Assembly: GCA_910585765.1 (NCBI GenBank) | Contig: CAJUES010000005.1 | Location: forward strand, 19,351 to 83,350 | Direction: 5' to 3' | From: an uncultured Lachnospiraceae bacterium | GTDB lineage: Bacteria; Bacillota; Clostridia; Lachnospirales; Lachnospiraceae | DNA: 64,000 nucleotides | In this document: positions 18,074 to 27,212 of the stretch, one piece after another | Numbering within the stretch: the stretch's first letter is position 1 | Layout of the letters: the number at the start of each line of letters is the position of its first letter | Position numbers and translations under genes: made by a program | Notes under the pieces: generated by a model | Database searches by the model: none | What the model was told of the DNA's origin: nothing | The model's input: only the letters and a program-made list of their open reading frames with translations

Positions 18074-19264
18074 ATGAAAAGAAAATCAATGGTAGCAATT
18101 TTAATGGCGATGGCGGCGATGGCGCTGTCGTTCACAGGCTGTGGGGAGCGGACAGACATCGTGAAGGAGGAGCCGCCCATCGTGAGAGCCGATGAGAGCG
18201 CGGCGGGATGCCCTTACGGGTGCACCTGTTCCGGATGCGTATGTTATGGGACGGTTCCGGCGGAGAGTGAGACCGTGACGGTGTCTGCCGTGACGGAGGA
18301 GACACAGCCGCAGAGCACGGAGGAGACGCAGCCTGCGCCGACAGAGACAGCGCAAGTGCAGACGGGGACGGAGAGCCCGGAGGAGACCGGGACACCGGCA
18401 GCGACGGAGCCGGAGACGTATGTGAATGAGATCGCGCAGCTCACCGACGGGGAGCTGCGGGCGCGGCGGGAGCAGCAGGAAAATTTTGCGGAGGCGAGAG
18501 CGCTTTTGTACGATCTGCCCAACTCAAAGGACAAGACCTCCAAGATCAACCAGATGGACAGGCAGATCCTGGCCAACAATGCCTATGATTTCAGCCAGAA
18601 GAACATCGTGTTCATCGGGGACAGCATCACAGAGGGGATCACGAGTGCGGTCGACACGAAGGGAAATTTTATCAGCTATGTCAACTATGCGGCGTCCTAT
18701 CTTCACTTTAACAGGATGCTCAACCACGGCATAGGCGGCAGGATGTTTTCCGTCTACGGGGGCGAGGAGCTCTCGCTCACGATGAACTTTGACGCGGTCA
18801 CGAATATCGATTCGGATATCATCGTGGTGTTCGCGGGGGTGAACGATTATCTCAGCGCTCCGCCAAACAAGCGGTTTGGGGACGTCAACAACGCGATGAG
18901 CACGGCGGGCTACTGCGGATCTGTGCGGCAGTTTATGAAGCAGCTCAAGGAGTATTTCGGGGATCGCGACATCTTCTTTGTGACGATGTATAACAACACG
19001 AAAAAGTCGGTGTGCACGTACTCGGATATCCAGGGACAGCCGTCACTGAACGATTACATGGAGGTGCAGCGCAAGCTCGCGGACGAGTTTGGCTTCAATG
19101 TGATCGAGCTCTACGATATCGGATTTATGGACTGTTCGAACAAGGAGTCGTCAGACTTTTATCTGAGGGACGGCCTGCATCCGAAGGACAACGGGAATAT
19201 CGTGCTGGGCGAACATATCGCCGCGGAGCTGTCCCTCTATTTCGGCGAGAAGGAAGTGGACTGA
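18074..19264 (+). CDS. SGNH/GDSL hydrolase lipoprotein
   Basis: Lipobox FTGC, Thr/Glu/Pro-rich linker, GDSITEG, AGVND, DGLHP. Confidence 0.85.
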   Translation: MKRKSMVAILMAMAAMALSFTGCGERTDIVKEEPPIVRADESAAGCPYGCTCSGCVCYGTVPAESETVTVSAVTEETQPQSTEETQPAPTETAQVQTGTESPEETGTPAATEPETYVNEIAQLTDGELRARREQQENFAEARALLYDLPNSKDKTSKINQMDRQILANNAYDFSQKNIVFIGDSITEGITSAVDTKGNFISYVNYAASYLHFNRMLNHGIGGRMFSVYGGEELSLTMNFDAVTNIDSDIIVVFAGVNDYLSAPPNKRFGDVNNAMSTAGYCGSVRQFMKQLKEYFGDRDIFFVTMYNNTKKSVCTYSDIQGQPSLNDYMEVQRKLADEFGFNVIELYDIGFMDCSNKESSDFYLRDGLHPKDNGNIVLGEHIAAELSLYFGEKEVD

Positions 19265-19287
19265 CAGAAAATAGGAGAACGGATCAG

Positions 19288-20331
19288 GTGGAGATTATAA
19301 GATGGGGAATACTGCTGGCTTTGGTCTTGCCAGTGCCATTTTTTCTGGGGTTTATACCTGTAAAACATATGAATCGCTTGCAAAGGACACCCGCAATGAC
19401 TTATGTCTGCGGGTGGTTTGTGAGCTTTTTTCTGTTTGAGCTCGCGGCTGTTCCGTTTATCCTGCTGGAACAGAGCTTTACGGTGCTGGTGGTCGTGTAC
19501 ACCTGCATTGTCGCAGCGGTGCTGGCGGTGTCCCTGTGGCGGGGGCGGCAGCTCTGGGCGGCGTATCGGGACGGGATCAGGGGCATACGGGAAATGCCGG
19601 GAAGCGTAAAGCTGGGCTGGGCAGTTTTCTTCCTGATCGTGGCGTTCCAGATGGCGTACGCGGTCCTGTATGAGTACTATGACGGAGACGACGCGTATTA
19701 TATCGCGGTTTCCGTGCTCACGGACGAGTTTGACACCATGTATCTGCGGGATGCGTACTCCGGCTATATCTATCCGCTGGACACCAGGCATGCCCTCTCG
19801 CCGATGCCGATCTACCAGGCGTGGCTGGCGAGGCTGAGCGGCATCGCCCCGGCAGTCGTGGCGCACAGCGTGCTGGCTCCGGTGTGGCTGATGTTCATGT
19901 ACTGTATCTACGGGCAGATCTGCAACCGGCTGCTGTGGAACCGGAAAGCGTACAGACCCGTGTTTATGATCCTGATCGCAGTGTGGTTCATGTACGGGAA
20001 TATCTCACTGTACACGACGGAGACGTTTGCCATGACGAGGACCTGGCAGGGGAAGGGGCTGATGGCAGGGATGGTGATCCCCGCGCTGTTTCTGGCGCTG
20101 ATCTACCTGGCGCAGGAGAGCGTGAGCCAGGGGATGTGGCTGCTGTTCATCTGCGTGTGCGTGTCGTCTGTTCTCGCCACGAGCGTGTCCTTTATGGTCA
20201 TACCGACAATCACAGGTGTCGCGGCCGTGCTGATCGGGATCAAGAAAAGGAGTGTGAAGTTTGCGGCGGAGCTGTTTCTGTGCTGTGTGCCCTGCCTGCT
20301 GCTGGCGGTGTGCTACATGGTCATAAAGTAG
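19288..20331 (+). CDS. DUF6077-like multi-pass membrane protein
   Basis: ORF 19012..20331 with likely GTG19288 after AGGAG; DGDDAYY loop and RTWQGK motif. Confidence 0.6.
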   Translation: MEIIRWGILLALVLPVPFFLGFIPVKHMNRLQRTPAMTYVCGWFVSFFLFELAAVPFILLEQSFTVLVVVYTCIVAAVLAVSLWRGRQLWAAYRDGIRGIREMPGSVKLGWAVFFLIVAFQMAYAVLYEYYDGDDAYYIAVSVLTDEFDTMYLRDAYSGYIYPLDTRHALSPMPIYQAWLARLSGIAPAVVAHSVLAPVWLMFMYCIYGQICNRLLWNRKAYRPVFMILIAVWFMYGNISLYTTETFAMTRTWQGKGLMAGMVIPALFLALIYLAQESVSQGMWLLFICVCVSSVLATSVSFMVIPTITGVAAVLIGIKKRSVKFAAELFLCCVPCLLLAVCYMVIK

Positions 20332-20385
20332 CCGCCCGGAGTCCGTGTATGGCGAACAGGGTGATGTGAGAGGAGGGGAGAGTCC

Positions 20386-21231
20386 GTGCCGGGACGTTTT
20401 GCATCGGAATTGAAGGAGGTGGCGAAAGCCGTTGCGGAGGACGTGATCCTGTACAATAACAGGAGTTTTCTGATTCCCCTGTTTCTGATCGCGCTGCTTT
20501 TTCTGTGGATGACGGAAAAGGACAGGAAGCTGCGCGTTGTGCTGCTGTATGTCGTGGCGGCCGCCGCTGCGGTGTTTGTGTGCCCGCTCTATGCGTGGGT
20601 GGGGATGAAGATCGACGCGGACGTCTACTACCGCGTGCTGTGGTCGATGCCGATCGGGATCCTCGTGTGCTACAGTGTGGTGAAGCTCATGACGTATTTC
20701 AGGGCAGCGGTGTCGCGGGCGCTGGTGTTTCTCCTGGCGGTCCTTGCGATCATGATGAACGGGGATCTGGTGTACACCAACACGTTCCACATCAGGGCAG
20801 CCAACGCGTACCATATCCCGCAGCAGGTGATCGACGTGGCGGACGCGCTCAAGCTTGACAACTACAAGCCGATCGCGGTGCTCCCGGCGGAGCTTCTGAC
20901 GCACTTCCACCAGTATACGGCGGACGTGTTCACACCCTACGGCAGGAACGTCGTGGAGCCGTCGTGGTCGTTCCGCGATGCGCTCTACGACGCCATGGAG
21001 TCGGACGAGACCGCGTATGACGTGGCGGAGGTGGCGAGGTGCGCGCGCATCCATAACTGTGCGTTTGTCGTGCTCTCCTGCGCGAAGCAGATGAACGGGA
21101 GCATGGAGGAGCAGGGGTACTTTCTGTTCAGGTTCGTGCAGGGGTATTTCATTTATATGGATTACAACTACTACTGGGTGTTCAAGGAACAGGGGCTGCT
21201 CGATGCGGACGTGATCGAGGCGGGAGGATGA
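20386..21231 (+). CDS. Membrane protein with C-terminal extracellular domain (possible second half of a split GT-C)
   Basis: GGAGGGG RBS; about four TM helices with YYRVLW, then a soluble tail. Confidence 0.55.
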   Translation: MPGRFASELKEVAKAVAEDVILYNNRSFLIPLFLIALLFLWMTEKDRKLRVVLLYVVAAAAAVFVCPLYAWVGMKIDADVYYRVLWSMPIGILVCYSVVKLMTYFRAAVSRALVFLLAVLAIMMNGDLVYTNTFHIRAANAYHIPQQVIDVADALKLDNYKPIAVLPAELLTHFHQYTADVFTPYGRNVVEPSWSFRDALYDAMESDETAYDVAEVARCARIHNCAFVVLSCAKQMNGSMEEQGYFLFRFVQGYFIYMDYNYYWVFKEQGLLDADVIEAGG

Positions 21232-21238
21232 GAAGGAT

Positions 21239-21586
21239 ATGGTTAAGGTAAAAAATATTGTCCTGCTCCAGGCAGTCATCATCATCTACACGGTCTCGAG
21301 CGTGATGTCCAAGCAGGCGTCCGCGAGCGGCGGGAACCTGCTGCGCTTCGGGTTCTTCTTTGGGATGGAGTTTGTGGTGCTGGGGGTGTATGCGGTCCTG
21401 TGGCAGCAGATGATCAAGCGCTTTGAGCTCTCTGTCGCGTACGCAAACCGCTCGATGGCGGTCGTGTGGTCCATGGTGTGGGCGGTTCTCTTTTTTCACG
21501 ACTCCATCACGGTGCAGAATGTCGCGGGGGTGCTGCTGGTAGTGGCAGGGACATGGATCATCAATACGGAGACGGAGGCGGGATAA
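21239..21586 (+). CDS. Small EamA/SMR-like transporter subunit (ArnE/F-like flippase candidate)
   Basis: 115 aa, 4 TM, LSVAY motif. Confidence 0.75.
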   Translation: MVKVKNIVLLQAVIIIYTVSSVMSKQASASGGNLLRFGFFFGMEFVVLGVYAVLWQQMIKRFELSVAYANRSMAVVWSMVWAVLFFHDSITVQNVAGVLLVVAGTWIINTETEAG

Positions 21587-21587
21587 T

Positions 21588-21926
21588 ATGATCAGTCGGT
21601 TTGCGGGTGCGATGTTCCTGTCGGTAGCGATCGCATCGGTATCGCAGGTACTGCTGAAAAAAAGTGCGCTCAACAAGTATGACACGGTGGTGAGGGAGTA
21701 TCTGAACCCGTATGTGGCCGGCGGCTATGGACTGCTGTTCCTGTCGATGCTGCTGACGGTGTATGCCTACAGCGGCATGGATTACAAGAATGGGCCGGTC
21801 ATCGAATCGCTTGGAAATGTCATGGTGCTGATCCTGGGGTACTTTGTGTTCGGAGAGCGGATCAGCGCCAGGAAAATTGCCGGAACAGCGTGCATCATCG
21901 CGGGGATCGTGGTCTTTCATCTGTGA
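21588..21926 (+). CDS. Small EamA/SMR-like transporter subunit (ArnE/F-like flippase candidate)
   Basis: 112 aa, 4 TM, SQVLLKK and FGERIS..KIAG motifs; starts 1 nt after partner stop. Confidence 0.75.
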   Translation: MISRFAGAMFLSVAIASVSQVLLKKSALNKYDTVVREYLNPYVAGGYGLLFLSMLLTVYAYSGMDYKNGPVIESLGNVMVLILGYFVFGERISARKIAGTACIIAGIVVFHL

Positions 21927-21988
21927 CCTGTGAGAACGGGTGTTTGTTGGTATGCCAGAAATTGTATGCCGTTTTTTTGAAAAAATTG

Positions 21989-22017
21989 TTGAGCGGCAGT
22001 GCAGGCTTTGCTATAAT
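21989..22017 (+). promoter_or_regulatory. Sigma-A-type promoter
   Basis: TTGAGC-17 bp-TATAAT with extended TG. Confidence 0.6.
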
Positions 22018-22151
22018 TGTTAAGAGTTGTAATTAAATGATTGTATAATACAGCCTTCTGGAATCTTCCCGGACTTTTGCAGCGTCAGGTGCGGTGGCGG
22101 ATCCGGGAGTCTGTTGGCGGGAAAAGGAGGAGGCCGGACGGCAGGGGCAGG

Positions 22152-25100
22152 ATGAAGAGAAAGAAAACGGCGGGAGCACGCGGCAGGAATAAAAACGGAA
22201 GAGAGACAGCCAGATACACGGATGAATATAGGGACGATTATTGCGGGGATGACCTGACAGTGCAGGACAATGCGGCGGATGCCGGTATGGATACTGACGA
22301 GGAGTACATCGTCGCCTACTCCAGCGATGACGCGGTGTTTGGCGCGTACACCTCCGAGGAGATGCGGGAGTTTGCACAGGAGTACGGCGATGCGCCGTAC
22401 GAGGAAGACGAGACAGAGGCATACGAAGAATACGAGGAAGACGGGATAGAAGCGTACGAGGAAGATGAGACAGAGGCATACGAAGAATACGAGGAAGACG
22501 AGACAGAGGCGTACGAGGAAGACGAGACAGAAGAATACGAGGAAGACGATGAGATAGATGCATTTGAAGAAAATGAGACGGAAGCATACGAGGAAGACGA
22601 TATAGAGGAATACGAAGACGATGAGATAGAAGCGTATGAGGAAGACGATGAGGAAGATGAGATAGAAGCGTTCGAAGACATAGAGGAGTACGAGGAAGAA
22701 CTGGGGTACGATGGATCGGAAGCGTACGAGGAAGATCAGGAGTACGACGAGGCGGAGGCGTACGAGGGCAAAACACGGGAGTACGCGTCGGAGGATACGG
22801 AGTCGCTCTACAGCACCAAGGAGATCCATATCGAGATCTATGAGCCGGACGATTACGCGGAGGACACAGAGAGTTACTACGAGAACGCGGACGAGGGCGA
22901 CTATGCGGACGGTGAGGAGTGCGATGCATACGACGAGTATTACGATGACGAGTACGATGACGAGTACGACGATTCGGTGTACTTTGACGAGATGTACGAG
23001 CAGGAAGCGTACGATGAGGAAGGCTTTGAGGAGGGGGACAGTGAGGACTCCTTTGATATCGCGTACGGTGCGTACGGCACTGCCCACGGGAGTGACGTCC
23101 TGTTTGGGGAGGACGGGGCGGGGGAGCCGGGCAGTTTCTGGCAGAGAACAAGGAGCCGCCTTCGCCACCTGACCGCTTTCGACGCCGTGCTCGCCTCCAC
23201 GGGCGTGGTAGTGCTGGTGGCATCGCTCGTCATCCTGAGCATATTTCTGCAGTCAAACCAGCTGAATAAGCAGATAGAGGCGCTCGCGCCTGTGGGAAGC
23301 GAACTCAAGGACGTGGGGGTCGTGGGGGACGACGGTCTGCTCGCCATGGCGGATGCGGCGCTGTCGGGAAATTTTGCGGAGACAGACACGGAGACAGATA
23401 CGGAGGAAGCATCGACGGTCGAGGTGGTTGACACGCAGGAGTCGACGAAGGTGAATGTCAGTTTTGTGTCTGTGGAGAAGGATCTAAAGATCCGTTTTAC
23501 GGATGTCAACACCGGCGAGCTGATCACGGGCACTGTCTTTGAGGTGAAGCTTACCAACGCAAAGGGAAAGCAGCTCGTCCTCACGGACGACGACATGGAC
23601 GGTGTCATCTACGCGCAGAATGTGAATGCCGGGGTGTTCGATGCAGTCGTGACCTCGACGGACAAATACAAGTTCCCGACAGTGGCTCAGCAGGTCACAG
23701 TCAAGGATAAGGTCGAGTATGTGGTGATCAACGTGCAGGATGAGGTCAAGACCGAGAAACAGATCGACGTGGCAGTCGAGGATACGGAGAAAAATGTGGC
23801 GGCAGTGGAGACGGAGGTGCTCAAGGACACCGTGGAGTGGGTGGATCAGACCAAGACGCCCGTGAGCGGCTCGGAGAGCTATCTGCTGGTGGATAAGAGC
23901 ACGATTCCGGACCCGTCTCAGATTTCGAGAGCGGCGGCGCGGATGCTCTTTGACGCACTGAACGTGTCGCTGGACCGCACGAGCGCATCGCTGAGTGTGG
24001 GGGCGAGCATCGACCTGAAAGGAACGGAGTTTGCCAACAAGACAGAGACCGGCGCTGACGGAGGCAGCATTGAGTACCAGTTCACGACGGAGTGGAAGAG
24101 CTCGAACGACGGTGTCGCGTCGGTAAGTGGCGGTAAAGTGACGGCAAAGGCGGTGGGAACCGCGGATATCACGTACACGGTCACCAGAAAGACGATCACG
24201 ACGACGCTGGAGACGAAGGAGCCTGTCAAGGAGACGCTGGAGATTTCCGCGGAGGAATACGGGAAACTGTCGCCGGAGGAACAGGCAAAGTGCACGGAGA
24301 TCAAGGATGACCAGGGCAATGTGACAGGTTACACATACGAGAAAGTGACGGAGCAGGATCCGGTCAAAAACGCGGCTGAGACAACCGATACCGCCAGCGC
24401 GACGTGCACGGTCACTGTGGAGGCGGCAAAGATCAAGTCCGGCAGCCTGGAGCTGTCCAAGAGTGCTGACAGCTGTGCGGCTGGCGCGACGCTGACCGTG
24501 AAGCCGTCAAAGCTTGTGTACACGAAGGAGGACGGGAGCACAGAGACGCTCACGTCGAATTTCCCGTCCATCGCGTGGGAGAGCAGCGACAAGTCCATCG
24601 CGACTGTCGCTTCGGACGGGGTAGTGACCGGCGTGAAGGCGGGCAAGGTACATATCACAGGCAGGATCACAGGCATCAAGGGCGCTGACGGGAACGAGCT
24701 GGATATCAAGTGCAGCGTGGAGGTCAGTGTCACCGGGAATGTGGAACTTACGCTCACGCTGGACCGCACGAGCGATGTGTACATCGCGGTCGGCGGCACC
24801 ACAACGCTTGTGGCGACCGTAACAAACTACAAGTCTGACGCGGGAGTGACCTGGGAGACTTCGGACAAGAAGGTGGCGACCGTCAATGAGAAAGGCGTCG
24901 TGACCGGCGTGGCGGCGGGCAGCGTCAAGATCACGGCGACGACAAAGGAAAAGGATGCGCAGGGCAAGCAGAAGCAGGCGACCTGTGTCGTGACAGTAAA
25001 CTCCGATGCCGCCTCGGACACGACGACGAAGCTCAAGGACAAGAACGGAAACCAGATCTACGTCAAAAATACCGATGGAAGCTACCGGGAAGCCGTCTAC

Positions 25101-25886
25101 GCGGACTACTACACCAGCACCGAATTTTACATATCGGCGCAGGCAAACTACACGTACACAGGATGGCAGACGATCGACGGGAAGACGTACTACTACGACA
25201 AAAACGGAAACCCAGTGACCGGCACACAGATCATACAGGGTGTTACCTACAATTTTGGCTCGGACGGGGCGATCGCCACAACAGTCAACGGATCGACGTT
25301 CGGCATCGACGTGTCAAGGCACAACGGAAAGATCGACTGGAATGCGGTCAAGGCATCGGGTGTCGACTATGTCATCATCCGCTGCGGCTACAGGGGATCG
25401 TCGACAGGTGCACTGATCGAGGATCAGAACTTCAAGACGAATATCAAGGGCGCCACAGCTGCCGGACTAAAAGTCGGCGTGTATGTGTTCTCGCAGGCGG
25501 TCAACGAGGTCGAGGCGGTCAAGGAGGCATCGCTTGCAGTGAGCCTGGTGAAGGGCTACAACCTCGCCTACCCGATCTTTATCGACACGGAGGCGAGCGG
25601 CGGCAGGGCGGACAAGATCGACAAGGCGACGCGCACGGCGGTGGTGAACGCGTTCTGCCAGACTGTTGTGAGCGCTGGCTACAAGCCGGGGATCTATGCA
25701 TCAAAATCGTGGTTTGAGGACAAACTGAATATGGGGTCGGTCGCCAGCTGCAAGATCTGGCTCGCCCAGTATTCCGCGTCGCCGACCTACAAGGGCAGAT
25801 ACGATATGTGGCAGTATTCAGACAAGGGAAAGATCAGCGGTATCAGCGGCAATGTCGATCTCAACTACAGTTACCTGGGATATTAA
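22152..25886 (+). CDS. Membrane-anchored GH25 lysozyme with acidic N-terminal region, Ig-like (Big_2) domains and cell-wall-binding repeats
   Basis: Single TM after an acidic tract; repeated W.SSD..VA.V...G.VT Big_2 motifs; GWQTIDGKTYYYD repeats; GIDVS, FIDTE, WQYS...VDLN GH25 motifs. Start uncertain (ORF opens at 22041). Confidence 0.85.
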   Translation: MKRKKTAGARGRNKNGRETARYTDEYRDDYCGDDLTVQDNAADAGMDTDEEYIVAYSSDDAVFGAYTSEEMREFAQEYGDAPYEEDETEAYEEYEEDGIEAYEEDETEAYEEYEEDETEAYEEDETEEYEEDDEIDAFEENETEAYEEDDIEEYEDDEIEAYEEDDEEDEIEAFEDIEEYEEELGYDGSEAYEEDQEYDEAEAYEGKTREYASEDTESLYSTKEIHIEIYEPDDYAEDTESYYENADEGDYADGEECDAYDEYYDDEYDDEYDDSVYFDEMYEQEAYDEEGFEEGDSEDSFDIAYGAYGTAHGSDVLFGEDGAGEPGSFWQRTRSRLRHLTAFDAVLASTGVVVLVASLVILSIFLQSNQLNKQIEALAPVGSELKDVGVVGDDGLLAMADAALSGNFAETDTETDTEEASTVEVVDTQESTKVNVSFVSVEKDLKIRFTDVNTGELITGTVFEVKLTNAKGKQLVLTDDDMDGVIYAQNVNAGVFDAVVTSTDKYKFPTVAQQVTVKDKVEYVVINVQDEVKTEKQIDVAVEDTEKNVAAVETEVLKDTVEWVDQTKTPVSGSESYLLVDKSTIPDPSQISRAAARMLFDALNVSLDRTSASLSVGASIDLKGTEFANKTETGADGGSIEYQFTTEWKSSNDGVASVSGGKVTAKAVGTADITYTVTRKTITTTLETKEPVKETLEISAEEYGKLSPEEQAKCTEIKDDQGNVTGYTYEKVTEQDPVKNAAETTDTASATCTVTVEAAKIKSGSLELSKSADSCAAGATLTVKPSKLVYTKEDGSTETLTSNFPSIAWESSDKSIATVASDGVVTGVKAGKVHITGRITGIKGADGNELDIKCSVEVSVTGNVELTLTLDRTSDVYIAVGGTTTLVATVTNYKSDAGVTWETSDKKVATVNEKGVVTGVAAGSVKITATTKEKDAQGKQKQATCVVTVNSDAASDTTTKLKDKNGNQIYVKNTDGSYREAVYADYYTSTEFYISAQANYTYTGWQTIDGKTYYYDKNGNPVTGTQIIQGVTYNFGSDGAIATTVNGSTFGIDVSRHNGKIDWNAVKASGVDYVIIRCGYRGSSTGALIEDQNFKTNIKGATAAGLKVGVYVFSQAVNEVEAVKEASLAVSLVKGYNLAYPIFIDTEASGGRADKIDKATRTAVVNAFCQTVVSAGYKPGIYASKSWFEDKLNMGSVASCKIWLAQYSASPTYKGRYDMWQYSDKGKISGISGNVDLNYSYLGY
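22380..23050 (+). repeat. Low-complexity coding repeats (EAYEED-type Glu/Asp/Tyr tract)
   Basis: Many imperfect tacgaggaagacga-type repeats. Confidence 0.85.
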
Positions 25887-25890
25887 AGGG

Positions 25891-25919
25891 TTGCATTCTT
25901 GCCAGATTTAGGATAAAAT
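25891..25919 (+). promoter_or_regulatory. Sigma-A-type promoter for rmlB
   Basis: TTGCAT-17 bp-TAAAAT. Confidence 0.55.
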
Positions 25920-26011
25920 GAGATGTGTGCTTTGTGTATCAACAGACTCCCGGCGTCTCTTTGCAGAAGATTCCGGGAGGCGATAGTCGATTATTTGGAG
26001 GAATATATTTG

Positions 26012-27088
26012 ATGAGAACTTATTTGGTGACTGGCGGTGCAGGTTTTATCGGATCAAACTACATTCATTATATGTTTCGTAAATATGGCGGTGAGATCAG
26101 GATCATCAATGTGGATGCGCTGACATATGCCGGAAATCTCGAGAATCTCAAGGAGATCGAGAAGCGGGATAACTATACATTTATCAGGGCGGATATCACG
26201 GACAAGGATGCGATCACAAAGATCTTTGCGGAGAATGACATTGACAGGGTGGTCCACTTCGCCGCGGAGAGCCATGTGGACAGGAGCATCAAGGATCCGG
26301 AAGTCTTTGTGCGGACAAACGTGCTCGGCACGGCAGTGATGCTCAACTGTGCAAAGGCGGCATGGGAGCTGCCGGACGGAAGCTTTCAGGAGGGCAGGAA
26401 GTTTTTGCACGTCTCCACGGATGAGGTGTACGGCTCTCTCGAGGAGGACGGAGGGTTCTTTTATGAGACAACCCCGTATGCGCCGCACAGCCCGTACTCC
26501 GCGAGCAAGGCGTCGTCGGACATGCTTGTGAGATCGTATATGGACACCTATCGGTTCCCTGCGAACATCACGAACTGTTCCAACAACTACGGACCATACC
26601 AGTTCCCGGAGAAGTTCATCCCGCTTGTCATCAACAACGCGCTGCAGGGAAAGAGTCTCCCGGTGTACGGCGACGGGAAGAACGTGCGCGACTGGCTCTA
26701 TGTCGAGGATCACGCGAAGGCGATCGACATGGTGCAGGAGCAGGGCAGGCTGTTTGAGACTTACAATATAGGCGGGCACAACGAGAAACAGAATATTGAG
26801 ATCATCAATATCATCCTCGAGACGCTCCAGGAGCAGCTCGCCGATGATGACCCGAGAAAGAAACTGGTATCCAGGGATCTGATCACGTATGTCGAGGACC
26901 GGAAAGGCCACGACAGGCGCTATGCGATCGCGCCGGATAAGATCAGGGCGGAGATCGGCTGGGAGCCGGAGACGATGTTCAGGGATGGCATCAGGCGGAC
27001 GATCCAGTGGTATTTCGAGCATGAGGACTGGATGCGGAATGCGACAAGCGGCGATTACCAGAAATACTACGCTGAGATGTACAAATAA
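26012..27088 (+). CDS. rmlB: dTDP-glucose 4,6-dehydratase
   Basis: GGAGG RBS; TGGAGFIGSN, AESHVDRSI, STDEVYG, YSASKA, NNYGPYQFPEK. Confidence 0.96.
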   Translation: MRTYLVTGGAGFIGSNYIHYMFRKYGGEIRIINVDALTYAGNLENLKEIEKRDNYTFIRADITDKDAITKIFAENDIDRVVHFAAESHVDRSIKDPEVFVRTNVLGTAVMLNCAKAAWELPDGSFQEGRKFLHVSTDEVYGSLEEDGGFFYETTPYAPHSPYSASKASSDMLVRSYMDTYRFPANITNCSNNYGPYQFPEKFIPLVINNALQGKSLPVYGDGKNVRDWLYVEDHAKAIDMVQEQGRLFETYNIGGHNEKQNIEIINIILETLQEQLADDDPRKKLVSRDLITYVEDRKGHDRRYAIAPDKIRAEIGWEPETMFRDGIRRTIQWYFEHEDWMRNATSGDYQKYYAEMYK

Positions 27089-27108
27089 TTTCAGATGATG
27101 ATTGGACA

Positions 27109-27141
27109 GGGAACGTCAGTACCAAAGGGTAGGGCGTTCCC
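27109..27141 (+). terminator. Intergenic stem-loop between rmlB and rmlA
   Basis: GGGAACGTC...TACC-AAAG-GGTA...GGCGTTCCC; weak U-tract. Confidence 0.4.
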
Positions 27142-27212
27142 ACTTTGGCATATGATGCGCGGGGGCACATGCGGCACCTGCACGATGTAAGATGAAAAGG
27201 AGCAGACGATCA

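Noticed and set aside
21239..21926. SMR pair as a multidrug-resistance pump
   Set aside because: Both lack the conserved TM1 glutamate of EmrE-type pumps, and the glycan-locus context favours a flippase role.
22020..23223. Alternative-frame low-complexity ORFs over the acidic tract
   Set aside because: By-products of the Glu/Asp/Tyr repeat in the GH25 gene.
25979..25990. GGCGATAG ops-like element in the rmlB leader (also near 14734)
   Set aside because: Imperfect match; RfaH/ops is not expected in Firmicutes, and the second copy lies upstream of its promoter.
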